A stretch of DNA of 64,000 nt from a virus (lineage: Duplodnaviria > Caudoviricetes). The notes below the pieces were generated by a model. It did not search any database and had not been told where the DNA came from. It worked only from the letters and a program-made list of their open reading frames with translations. The first letter of the stretch is position 1. Each line of letters opens with the position of its first letter. The stretch spans positions 1-64,000 of the IMG/VR virus record IMGVR_UViG_3300033463_000070. The stretch is one strand, 5' to 3'. Position numbers and translations under genes: made by a program. Of this stretch, positions 20,701 through 31,800 are shown one piece after another.

Positions 20701-21722
20701 ATAGTAACGGAAAAATATATTTACATAATGCTGGAGATGCAGATAAGAGAGAAGTAACAGCATATCATCAAGAAAATTTATATGGTGGTATACTTGCTCC
20801 TCATTATTTTAATGATGGAATGCGTGTAGTATTACGATACGGAACACGATTGTTTACCTGTCAAGAATGTGGATATGAAGTAAATAGAGCTTTTGATACA
20901 TGTCCTATGTGCGGAAATAACGATATAACATATGAAAGGGGAAACTTTTATACCATATTACAAGAAACAGGAGCACAATCAGATTACTTTAATTTTACAT
21001 TTGATGGATTTATTTTCAGTAGTAATCTTCATTTAATAGGATGGAATTATGGAGGAATTACGCATGGTAATCATATAATACTTAAAAATATTTCTTTTAT
21101 ACATGAAGAATATCTAGATAATCAAACTGTTCAACTTCTTGGAGATAATACAGCATTGATATCAGGAAGAGATGACATCGTCGATGAAGGTGAATATCAA
21201 TACAGAGCTGTTTACGATGGAGATGAAAATTATAATGATTTACGACCATTTACATATGATATAAAAATAAGGGGAACATCACAAAATGGAACATTAACAA
21301 GAATTGATAATAATACTTTTAAAATTCATCATAAAAACTACAATACTCAACATGTTATAGGATGGCTTTTAGCTAGAAATTTAAATGATGAAATTCGTAT
21401 ACCAATCATAACCAAAATTAATGGAACTTTTACAATTGAAGATATTGATAATTGGGATTCATATACTGAATTTGAATTACATAAAAATCCAAAAGATGAA
21501 GATTTATTAGAAATAATGCAAGAATCTAATACAAATGATGTATACGAAAACTTAATATATTATTATGAAAATTTAACATTTAGAAGAGGTCTGTATCCTC
21601 CTGATTATCATTATGAACCAGCTCAGTTTAATAAATCATTAGCTATTTCTTTGCATAATCAATGGCTTGAAAATGAAGAAAAAGTGTTATTTACTACCTA
21701 TAATTATATAACAATTAGGTGA
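17799..21722 (+). CDS. Giant acidic virion (tail/baseplate) protein with Ig-like domains and one zinc ribbon
   Basis: 1307 aa in the structural block; CQEC-x10-CPMC at ~20859-20912. Confidence 0.45.
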   Translation: MVKVDAKLSYQENCDYLPSSVYGEIEIEPKEIDIETKLTIIDYNLRDTEIGDRGRVNFSKYINGEYDSYNNMQESINFRPFYNDILLFETFTYFTYENTQYPVKYKDLDIYFFEENEDRTQLDPNDSDHAIAVNFEIDENGKTGIRYLPHNSGYFVVHYHATTYFKEKIVEHKVNLEQIPVKVYIKPVEARANQSTKDLLPLFISMEQAADLAASVRDIYGQRPKDGVITFLSYYVHDINNPRDGEERVIGNPIMLENGETLLYEPKGILLNDNKESEQEHQYEIPPMGNVTEGPDPTQDDWQHLVYEDHSYSGFISYSPIQYLYNDVEWDGYHGEQGYNTDEQKYQSGTEIICAVYNYENKRYGDSWKYYTQSKAWGHISALIPGQLNIAIRKGNESINDLPQIREDGLYPYSSNDTMVVYIVPTDKNGNVIDLSIDNKYEFYNITLKIIGTQTTTHSDTFEYDKYTYITIKNPRDNELTYQNGMFKFTIPMNKINAYNENGEYINGRKFIEGIYTIEAAMDIINDNETESTEYGYDNDDNNDRFNLYNMYHGVNPQKKDDRYYDHMESVQAYFDLIIEEPFDYNTNINENGEDPETNEFNYHVDCYYKEDDYGDLVIKVWAKNNMDINLFAGKKMYLNIDNDITLQSNMQIVDNKIEAHYKMQSQSSDNNIISLQNLRTGNHTFTATIKASEVSELDDDFVTGTESFIICMEEIPHITKIDYLQKNYKGHVRIYITVDNVYTNTNVITEIRKASNNALIKTFTNTVNKNDYTFDLELTELNAGDYTVKTTCVKSQRFDEGVFDIDKANLWEIINTSSCITGGNQTITIGLGCDGDIDSIQELLCHIGKKITYNVPLRSLNDVIKIQARDFNLVQVQNNELSLDAYHQQDIRFWDGCAAIAHGWQHGTEWEASFYVYSGNRAIGSSGAVFISDVIPNYVYPAFASSGGEKNPYQNPDWVAANCIEINSNGKIYLHNAGDADKREVTAYHQENLYGGILAPHYFNDGMRVVLRYGTRLFTCQECGYEVNRAFDTCPMCGNNDITYERGNFYTILQETGAQSDYFNFTFDGFIFSSNLHLIGWNYGGITHGNHIILKNISFIHEEYLDNQTVQLLGDNTALISGRDDIVDEGEYQYRAVYDGDENYNDLRPFTYDIKIRGTSQNGTLTRIDNNTFKIHHKNYNTQHVIGWLLARNLNDEIRIPIITKINGTFTIEDIDNWDSYTEFELHKNPKDEDLLEIMQESNTNDVYENLIYYYENLTFRRGLYPPDYHYEPAQFNKSLAISLHNQWLENEEKVLFTTYNYITIR

Positions 21723-21728
21723 TATACA

Positions 21729-24700
21729 ATGGAACTTTCAGAAGTAAAACAACTAACCCATAAAATAATTAAAATTAATATTACAAACAAAAATTATCAT
21801 TCATCATATAGTTATATCACCAGACAAATAGTTTTATCAGATGTTTCTGATGAAGAAGTTGTACGATTTAGTCTAGAAGAAAATTCCAATTTCATCCAAC
21901 ATCAATGTGATGATGAAAATAGAAACATTTTTTATGTAGTAATTCCAAACAAAGTTAATTCAACAATTTCATTATACGCTCATTACTTCCCTGCTGAATT
22001 ATATGAATACGAAGAAGATAAGAATATTTATTGGAGTTTTAATTTTCAAGATTTACTCACAGAAAATCCACTAAATGATAGTGGTCATAAATATCCAATT
22101 ATTGAAACAGATGAAAGCACAGGATATCGAAAAGAAGCAGGGTATAAAGATGGAAGTATACAATTAAAATCTATATTACCAGATAGTATAGATGGATATA
22201 AAAATCCAAATTATAAAAATTTTACAAAAACCAACATTAATGATGATAAAGATATGACTCAACAAGGTTATACTCCTTTATCAAGTCGATATAGAAAACC
22301 ATATAAATACTTTAATGAAGCTCCAAGTCTAAATGGAGACCCATATTGGAGTGCAGAAGAAGCTCATGGAACAATATGTAAAGAAACACCATATTGGGAA
22401 ATAAGAATTAATAGAGATGGTTTAAGTCGCTTAGTTGCAGATACAGTAGATGGAAAATATTATCCTATTTCTGTTCATCTTGGTTATGAATATTTACCAA
22501 CCAGTACACATTATCACCAACATTATTATGGTTTTGAGGGAGAATGTCCAGACCCAAATGATATCTATGTTTTTGAGGGAACAAATATAACAGATGTTAA
22601 TGATGGTTTTGGGTCAAAAAATAATTATCGTATTATTAAAAGAACAGAACCTTTTGATGACACTTATAGTATGTTTGTAGACCATGAATGTATATTACCA
22701 ATTAATTTATTGGAATGTAAACCAGAAGGATATATTACTAAAAATAAATGTTATGATTATTATACCTATACAGCTATAGGTAATGATATTCCGGGACGAG
22801 CTGTTAATTTACAAGCTGGAGAACAATATAGTTTACGATATTTTATTTTTGTACCTAATAAAGTTGATGCTCTTGTTGATGAAATAATGACAGCTGATTG
22901 CTATCTTGCTATCAATGGACAACGAATTGAAGATGAATTTTTGGAATATGACAAGCAAGAAAGAAATCAATGGGTATATCATGAAGTACCATTTATCGCT
23001 CAAGGTGGTGGAGCAGATTGGCTAGAAGTTATCGGACCTCATAGTAATCCAGAAATAGAATTCTTTTTAACTAAAATTGAAATCGAAAAATTTGTTGAAT
23101 ATAGACCAACTTTAACTTACAATGAACATGGATTAAAAGTAGAAGAAGCAACTTTTGATAATACGTGTACAAACGAAAGAAAAGAAGGCTCCAAAGGAGT
23201 ATTAAGAATTCCAGAAGTCAGCGAAGAGAACAAAAAATGGGAAATAAGAACAGCTACTAATGTTTGGGAGCAAAAAACTCAATTACCAAATCCACAAGGA
23301 AAAGTATTCTTCATTTTAGGAGACGATGTTAGTCTTGATTATGACGAACTTACAAGTAATTTATATTATTCTCATTTAGATGATAATGATTATGGAATCA
23401 AATATTATCCATTTTATATTGATGAAGAACCACCAAAAATAAAAATACCAGATAGACTTGGTAATAATATCGATGATTTAATTATAGCAATAACAAAACA
23501 ATATGATTTTGAATCAGAAAATAATCCAGATTATGGAATGTTAGAAATAGATGAATATAATTATATAACAATTCCAGATAAATATCAAAAAACTGGAACA
23601 TATACAGTTCATATTGAAAATTATATTACAGGAGAAGAATACGATTATAATTACAAAGTTAAACCAAAAAGAATCAGAGATGACTTAGAAGGTTTTGAAG
23701 AAGGAGATTTAGGACAAAGTGACGTAAGAGACGAAGATACAAATAATAAGTTATATAATTTATCATATGATATATCCACTGGAGATTTAAATTTTACTTA
23801 CCCAAGAACTGTGCAATTTTTTAAGGCAAGAAATAATCATTTTGAATTATCATTAATTGATAGTTATGATAATATCATTACTCGTGGCAGTACGAGAGTA
23901 GAATTTATTAAAGGACGAACTACTTTTGAAGAAGCATTAGTAGATGCGGGAAAAAGAGATGTTCAAAAAGATGGAAAAGTATATTATAGAAAAATTAATT
24001 TATCAGATTTAGAATTAGATAAAGATGAAAATGGAAATGAAATAGCAACGATATTTCATTTAAGAATTTATTATACAGACCCATGTTACGATGAACCAAT
24101 TATTGATTTCAAAAAAGTATGGGTGGAACCATTAAATCTTGATTTAAGACCTAGTATTAATGGTAACTACAAAAATAGTAGATTCATATCATATACACAA
24201 GATGGTACACCTGTTTATGGAAAAGATTGCGAAGGATACAAACAGTCAGAATATTATGAAGATGATGACGCAAGCAAATCTGATAGTAATGAAGACGAAG
24301 AAGAACAAGTTCAACAACGTCAAACTGAATACCAAAACTTTGAAACACACGCTCCATTAGTTGATGATGATACACACAAAAGTTATTATGGTGGAGTGTG
24401 GGGTAATTATCCTATTTTAGATAAAACACATTTCAAAGGAACAAGAATTGTTCGAGGAGGATATTATATTTATGATGTTGAAGCTGAATTCCCATTAGAT
24501 ATATGTGTAGATGTTGTTAACAAATTCAGTTCAGGTGAACTACAACCAATACCAATTGGACATTATTGTGAGTTATCAATTGATGACAAAGTTATTCAAA
24601 CAACATTAAGTGATGCAGAAGGAAAAGCGCATTTCTATATTGATTTGAATGATGCTCCTTTGCGAAAACACACAATTAAGATAGAATGTTTCGACAGATA

Positions 24701-25832
24701 TTGGGAGCCAATTAAATATATTTACTTTGATTTAATTATCTGTGAAGATACAACTAAAATTAGACCAGCAGTGCCAATAGCATTTAAACACTTCCCATAC
24801 TGTCCGGGATATGTTAAAACCGATGATGAAACACAATGTGAATTTACTTACCTAACTGATGACAATCTTAATTTATATATCCCTCAAGATGATACTTTAT
24901 TGCTTGATTTCGATAATAGTAAAAATCATTTTAACTTCAAATTATCAGTATACAGACACAAACCACAATATAAAAATATAAGTAAATTTACCAATAGAAA
25001 CAGTACACTAATTTATTCAAAAAATATTTATAACGAACAAGATTTGCTTTTATTTATATCAGCTGGATTAAATTTTGATACAGATTGCAAATTAGAAAGA
25101 GATGGAATAGAAGCCCAACACCCAAGTACAACCTCACCATCAGAAACAACACAAATAGCGAACTTGCGAGATAATATTAAATTACATGGAAAAACTCCAT
25201 CTGTAAATATGCTTGCTTACTTTAACGCTAACGAACAAATTATAAGAACAAATCAAGCTACTACAACAATTTCACCAGAAATTATGTGTGATTTAATGTT
25301 ATATGCTCCTATAGTAAATCTAAAAGAACTTAATAATACAACTATAGCAGACTTATTTAATTTCTATCGTAAAAATACATTAGATAATCCAGTAAGATAT
25401 TCTATCGTCACAAGTAGTCTTGACGGAGAAAATAGATATAGAACTCATAAAAGAACATTTACCGTACATTATATGAATAATGTTAGAGCAAATAATTATA
25501 AAATGCAATGGGACGGAAAAAATAATAATGAACCACTCTACACCTTAAATGAAGAAGGAAAATGGATTTTCAAATCAATTGAAATTAAAAAAACAGCAGC
25601 ATACAATCCAAATGATATTCGTTCTATAGATAATGATAATGAATATATAAAAGAAGGAAAAATAGAAGTATATCAAAATGGACAATTATATCATTATCCA
25701 CCTATTGTTTATGATAACGGAGATTATGTGTGTAAAGTTGAAAATATAATCAAAAAAGAAGCCAATGAAAAAATACAATTAAGATATGTATTTAAAGATG
25801 GATACCATTTTATAACAGATAGCGAGGATTAA
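21729..25832 (+). CDS. Giant acidic virion protein (tail/baseplate-associated)
   Basis: 1367 aa, SD AGGTGA; carbohydrate-binding-module-like segment (VNLQAGEQYSLRYFI...NQWVYHEVPF). Confidence 0.4.
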   Translation: MELSEVKQLTHKIIKINITNKNYHSSYSYITRQIVLSDVSDEEVVRFSLEENSNFIQHQCDDENRNIFYVVIPNKVNSTISLYAHYFPAELYEYEEDKNIYWSFNFQDLLTENPLNDSGHKYPIIETDESTGYRKEAGYKDGSIQLKSILPDSIDGYKNPNYKNFTKTNINDDKDMTQQGYTPLSSRYRKPYKYFNEAPSLNGDPYWSAEEAHGTICKETPYWEIRINRDGLSRLVADTVDGKYYPISVHLGYEYLPTSTHYHQHYYGFEGECPDPNDIYVFEGTNITDVNDGFGSKNNYRIIKRTEPFDDTYSMFVDHECILPINLLECKPEGYITKNKCYDYYTYTAIGNDIPGRAVNLQAGEQYSLRYFIFVPNKVDALVDEIMTADCYLAINGQRIEDEFLEYDKQERNQWVYHEVPFIAQGGGADWLEVIGPHSNPEIEFFLTKIEIEKFVEYRPTLTYNEHGLKVEEATFDNTCTNERKEGSKGVLRIPEVSEENKKWEIRTATNVWEQKTQLPNPQGKVFFILGDDVSLDYDELTSNLYYSHLDDNDYGIKYYPFYIDEEPPKIKIPDRLGNNIDDLIIAITKQYDFESENNPDYGMLEIDEYNYITIPDKYQKTGTYTVHIENYITGEEYDYNYKVKPKRIRDDLEGFEEGDLGQSDVRDEDTNNKLYNLSYDISTGDLNFTYPRTVQFFKARNNHFELSLIDSYDNIITRGSTRVEFIKGRTTFEEALVDAGKRDVQKDGKVYYRKINLSDLELDKDENGNEIATIFHLRIYYTDPCYDEPIIDFKKVWVEPLNLDLRPSINGNYKNSRFISYTQDGTPVYGKDCEGYKQSEYYEDDDASKSDSNEDEEEQVQQRQTEYQNFETHAPLVDDDTHKSYYGGVWGNYPILDKTHFKGTRIVRGGYYIYDVEAEFPLDICVDVVNKFSSGELQPIPIGHYCELSIDDKVIQTTLSDAEGKAHFYIDLNDAPLRKHTIKIECFDRYWEPIKYIYFDLIICEDTTKIRPAVPIAFKHFPYCPGYVKTDDETQCEFTYLTDDNLNLYIPQDDTLLLDFDNSKNHFNFKLSVYRHKPQYKNISKFTNRNSTLIYSKNIYNEQDLLLFISAGLNFDTDCKLERDGIEAQHPSTTSPSETTQIANLRDNIKLHGKTPSVNMLAYFNANEQIIRTNQATTTISPEIMCDLMLYAPIVNLKELNNTTIADLFNFYRKNTLDNPVRYSIVTSSLDGENRYRTHKRTFTVHYMNNVRANNYKMQWDGKNNNEPLYTLNEEGKWIFKSIEIKKTAAYNPNDIRSIDNDNEYIKEGKIEVYQNGQLYHYPPIVYDNGDYVCKVENIIKKEANEKIQLRYVFKDGYHFITDSED

Positions 25833-25833
25833 T

Positions 25834-28800
25834 ATGGCAACAAAAAAAGTAACTATATACCCATCAAAAATTACAACTCAAGCAACAAGGTCAACCGAGA
25901 CCAATACTCAAATATTAGAAAATAAAGAAAATTTAAAATCTAGTAACAAATCTTTAGCCTTTTGGGGAGTTAGACATCCAACTTGGAAACCTTCATACTT
26001 GCGTAGATATCCAGACAGTATCACTACTCCAAGTGGTTCATTTAATGACCCAGCTCCATTTACAGCATCAAAATTTAAAATATCTGGAGCAGATAAAAGA
26101 AGTAAAGTTAAAAACATATGGGTTGAATACAAATGGGAACAAATATCATATTCATCTACAACTGCTTATGGAAAATTTGATAAACCTATTATAAAAATTA
26201 AAAAAGGAGATAAGCAATTAGATAGTATATATGGAGCTATTCCAAGTAAAAATAGATATGATAATTGTAAAAGCGGTAGTTGCCAAAATGTAGATTCCGC
26301 CGAACTCGCTAAATTACATACTCACAAATTAACTGGAGTTTCTGAATTAACATTAGATGACCTTTTGAATAATGTTAAAATTATTTTTGACCCAAAAAAA
26401 AATACAGCAAGCAATCATTGCCGTATTGTAATACAATTTTTTAGAATTATTGTAGAATACACGCCATATGTATCTAAAGACAAAAAGAAAGACCCACCGC
26501 AAATTATTGATGAAGAACCAGAGCCACAAATTATTCATCCAAATTATGATATTTCAGTAAAATTAGATAAGAAAAAAGCATTAATTAATGAAGAATATTA
26601 TTGTACATTAAAAGTATGGAATACTGTTCCAAATGCAGAAATATTATCACCGTTACAAGTGCTGCTTGATATACCTGTAAACACAGAAATATCAGTTGTA
26701 GAAATGATTGGTGGGGGAGATATAACTGTTAATAATGGATGCCAATGGTATATCACTGATTTTGAAAATAATATGGCACAGGTAAAATTCATATGTAAAA
26801 CAAATTTACCCGTTCAACAAGGAACATATATAGGGTCATTCTTCTATCCAACTACATCACAACAAGGAAAGTCATCAGATTATATTAAAATTGTAAGTGA
26901 TGATGTTGAATTTAGTTTTTATAAATCAAATACTAAATCATCATTTGTGCAAGGTTCTACTGAAGATAATACGAGTTTCTTTTATGTTACTATGAACGCA
27001 AGCGAACTTCCTACTGGTGCAACAATTGAAATAGATACAGCTGGTTTTATAACGGAAGAAACATGGGGTAAATGGGTTAAAAATACAAATGATTATGATT
27101 TAAATCTTGTACCAAATACAAATGGAATTTGGAAAATTACTAATATTAAAACTCAATATATTAAACTTCCATCTAATTTAATTGACTTAACCTCACAAGG
27201 AGCTGGACAATATACATTATTGGCTACATACAAAAAGAACGAAAAGATATTAACAAGAAAAATATATCTTACTGTTGCAGGTAGAAAATTACAAAAAGAA
27301 TACTTCAAATTAAGACTTGAAGATGGGTCTGATGTACAATATAATGATTTGAGTATAACAGAAGGGGATGACTTAAGTATTCCATTGGAATTTAGTATGG
27401 AAGATATGTATGAAACTTTCGAAAATAATTTGATTATCAACGGTGATACAAAACGATTTTCAACTAAAGAAGCAAGATATGCATCATTCGATTTATACAT
27501 AGAATCAGATGAAGACGAAACATACGAAAACGTTATTGCTTACTTAGATGCTTACGATGAAGAGTATGAATGCGAAGAAATAATTATAGGAGCAGATGCT
27601 AATATAGATTTACACACATCAAACACAGGAAGAACATTTTGTGTTATTCATGAATTAAAAACAAATACGCACAACAAATTAAAATTTATATTACAATCAG
27701 ATGAACCAAGAGAAACAGTTATAAAATTAAAACCATTAAACTATGATGAATATGACACAGGGAAATGGAAACCAATGAATATTACATTCAAAGATATTCC
27801 AGACATACAAATAAAAATAAAAGGTCCATCTGAAATAATTTACCATAACAATAAAGAAGCAGAATTTAAATTACAATATATAATACAAAACAAATCAAAC
27901 ATAAAAGGAGAAGATATCAAATTCCAATTAACAGAACATACTGCTTTTGAAAGAGATATCTATCCATATAAATTTTCAGCACAATATGGAGCATCATTTA
28001 ACACTCCAATATTTAATGATAAAAAACGAACCATATATTTCCCTGAATTAAGTGCAAATGGTCCTGAACATATATTAGAAGTAAGTTATCGAGCAAGAAA
28101 GAAAGGAATTTTTGAATTTGCTATACAAACAGTTGATTATGGAAACACATTAAAAGACGACCAACATTATAATATATATCGACATAAAATGCTAGTTAAC
28201 GTTACAGCAGACTTAGATGTAAAAACATCTGTTAGCAATAAAACTCCATATTTAAATGAAATTATTGATTATACAATTAAAGTTACAAACAGGTCAAAAA
28301 GACAAGAAAATTTAACATTCCAAATAAGAGATATAGGTCATTATGAACGCAATTTACATCGAAAAAATGACTATAACATAATAGAATGGGAAGGTCCGGG
28401 ACAATTTGAAACAAAAGAAGACACAGAACAAGAACAATGGGTTAATAATTATATCGGACTGTGGACATTAACCAATGTTCAACCTGATGAAACTAATACA
28501 CTTGTATTATCATTACAACCAAAAGATACTGGAACACATGTAATTAACACAATAACAACAGATAAAAATGGTAATGTACAAAGTTTTGATGATTATGTTC
28601 AAGTTTATGAGCCAGATAAAAAAATAGATTTAAATGTTTATCAAGCTATAAATCAAACAGAACATGAAAATTGTTGTAATCCTGATATTTTAACTGAAAT
28701 ATGTGATGATGATTTTATCACAATTGGTGATGAAATTTATTATGTTATTGAAGTAATTAATAAAGAAAGAAATGATATTCACCCAGCTGATAGAGTACAT

Positions 28801-31800
28801 GGGTACTTGAAAGAAGGAGCTGTTGTAAAAGTAAAAATAAGATTACCAAAAAGCTTTGAATACACTGGATGTGCCACACAAGATGGTGATGATGGTTTTG
28901 AAATAGATGAAACCGGATTAATTACTTTACATGTTGATGATATAACACAATGTGATTCTAGAAAATTCTGTTTCAAAGTTATACCACAAAAAAAAGGAAA
29001 ATTTGTATCAAACTTTATATTATCAGCAAGAAATACCAAAACAATTAATAAAAAATTAAATTTAATGGTAGATTCTTATTTCGATGAAAGAAAAACTGAA
29101 CATGAAATAACTATTTATAATTTTGAAAAAACAAATAGATATTTTAGATACGAACTCGATGGTGACAATAATTTATTTAAATTCTACAATAAAGGAGATA
29201 AGTCAAAACGTACTGTCGATGTTGAAAAACATAATGCATCTAAATTAGAAGTATACAGAGGAAGTACGCTTAAAGAATTAGTAGATAAAATAAAAGATGA
29301 ATCCAAATATGTTGAGCCAGAACTAATTAGAGTAGGAAGCAATCATTTAGCTACAAAAGGATATGAATTATATCCTAATGGATTTATCAATAGATTTGGG
29401 TTATTAAATTCAGAAGTTTATCATTATACAGGACAACTTCCAACAATAGGTAATTTAGTTGATTATGCTCTACGATGGGACGTTGATAATTGGGACCAAA
29501 AAGTTTGGACTGGAAAAAATTATCAAAATGGAGTATTTAGTTTAACAGTTAATTATAGTAAAATTCCAACTAATTTTAATATTTTGGAATTAACCAAACC
29601 ATTAAATACTTTACAAGTTTTAGTGGATAGAGTAAAACCATTTGGAACAAAAGCAATTTGTTATTTCTCATTTGATGTTAAATTTGAAATTAAAATAGTT
29701 ATGGACGAAATTAAATCAGAATTATTAAATGATTTAAGTTTTAATATCAAACTAGAAGATTTAGGATTAATATCATGGTATAATAGACATGATAATAGTG
29801 TTGCAATTTATTTTGATTTAACTAAATATTATATAGATATTGATGATGACATATTAATATCACTTAGCAGTCAAGATAAAACATTTTGGGATAATAAACA
29901 TATCATAGGAGAAGTTGATGCAGAATATTGTGTAGATGTTTTTAACGAAAGCAGGTCAAGACAATATATCGAAGATGCTTATGATATCGTGGAAAATCTA
30001 CAGGATAAAAGTAATTATATTAAAAATGTAACAATTAGTAAACATAATGTAGACGAAATATCTCCAACTTCTTTATTAGTCACAGATAAAACTACTGTCA
30101 ATAGAATTCATAATGAAGATGTTTTTAATTTTTATTTTGATTATGATATAAATTATGATGAAAAAATTGGTATATTTTTAGATACAGAAGAGGGAGAATT
30201 GTATTGCCAACTAATAAAAAATAAATTAACACACAATCAATTCCAATTAATACATCCAGATGGTAATATTATTAATACCATTAATAAAAAAAATATTACT
30301 AATTTCAAAATACAAGTTCAATGTTTTGAACTTAATAATAAGAATAAAATTATACACTTTTGGTGTGCAATAAATACACTTGACTATGAGTATTTGGGGT
30401 ATTATATATGTAGTAATACATTTGCTCCATCAATATTTTTATTTAATAAAACATCAATTGGAAATACTAATAATCGTATATGTTCATATACATATACATC
30501 ACAAAAAGATGACCCAATTACATTTTCTATTGATGACAATGAACATTATACTTCTCCTAAATATAGTGAAATTTATCAAACTAATAGTAGATATCAATGG
30601 AATAATTTAAATAAAATAGGTAAACAACCAATAAGTTTGAAAACAACATTAGATAGTGAATGTGAAATAAAAACCATTAAGCCACCTAAATTAATGCTTA
30701 GATATGATAAATTTAATCTTGATAGGTCGGATGAAATTATAGATATTTTCTTCGACATTAAAAGTAACAAAGCAATTGAAAATCTTAATTTAGGAGTATT
30801 TAGAGATGGAACTTATTATCTTCCTAAAAAAGGAGTTGTAAAAAAAATCTATATGCCACATCATATTGATAATGTTATTCAGGAGTATAATTCAACAGTT
30901 AGTATTCAGCAACCAAATATTACAATTTGTTCTGAATGTTTAAAAACAAGTTTAGGATATTATAATAAATGTCCTTATTGTTCATCAGAATCAGTTACAC
31001 ATCAAAAAGAAAAACAAGATGTTACAATTTGTTATAATTGTGGATGGGTATCTGATGGATGGAGAACTAATTGTAAACATTGTTTATCTAAAGATATAAT
31101 CAGAACAACTGTAGATTATAATAAAACATATTGTTATAATTGTCGAAGTATGCATGATGATTATTACAGTGCATGTCCTTATTGTTTCTCCACTAATATA
31201 ATACATCTACAAAATGATTCTGATATGTATCGTATATACAATCAAGACATTACAAATATCAAACCTATAGTTATCCAAAGTGATATTGAAGGCAGCATTA
31301 ATGTATGTAATATTACTATTCCATTGAATAAAAATAGTAAGAAATTAGATGAATTAAAAGATTTAACATTAGTGATGAATGTTACTAATAATAATAATGG
31401 AGAATATTATTATTGTGAAACATGTGAAACAACAGGACTAGGTAATCCTGAAAAATGTCCTAATTGTAATGAAAGTAGTCCAAAATATTATCATGCTATT
31501 AATTTATACGATAATTATAATAATAAAAAATCTAATTTAACTATGTTTGTGTATTCAACTGTTAATGGTGAAACTAGTATTTGTGAAGTAACTCCGAACG
31601 GAGGAAATGTTGATGGCACAGTTGATATTGAAATTCCTATTTTAGATTTAGCTAAACGTAATAATCGAGATAGTTTCAATTTAATTATTGATGCAGAAAA
31701 CACAATATATAAAGCAAGCAAGGAAACAATTTATAAAGCTCCAATATCAAATTATGGACAAGAATATCTCGATAAAGCGTTACAAAGTATTTTTATGGAT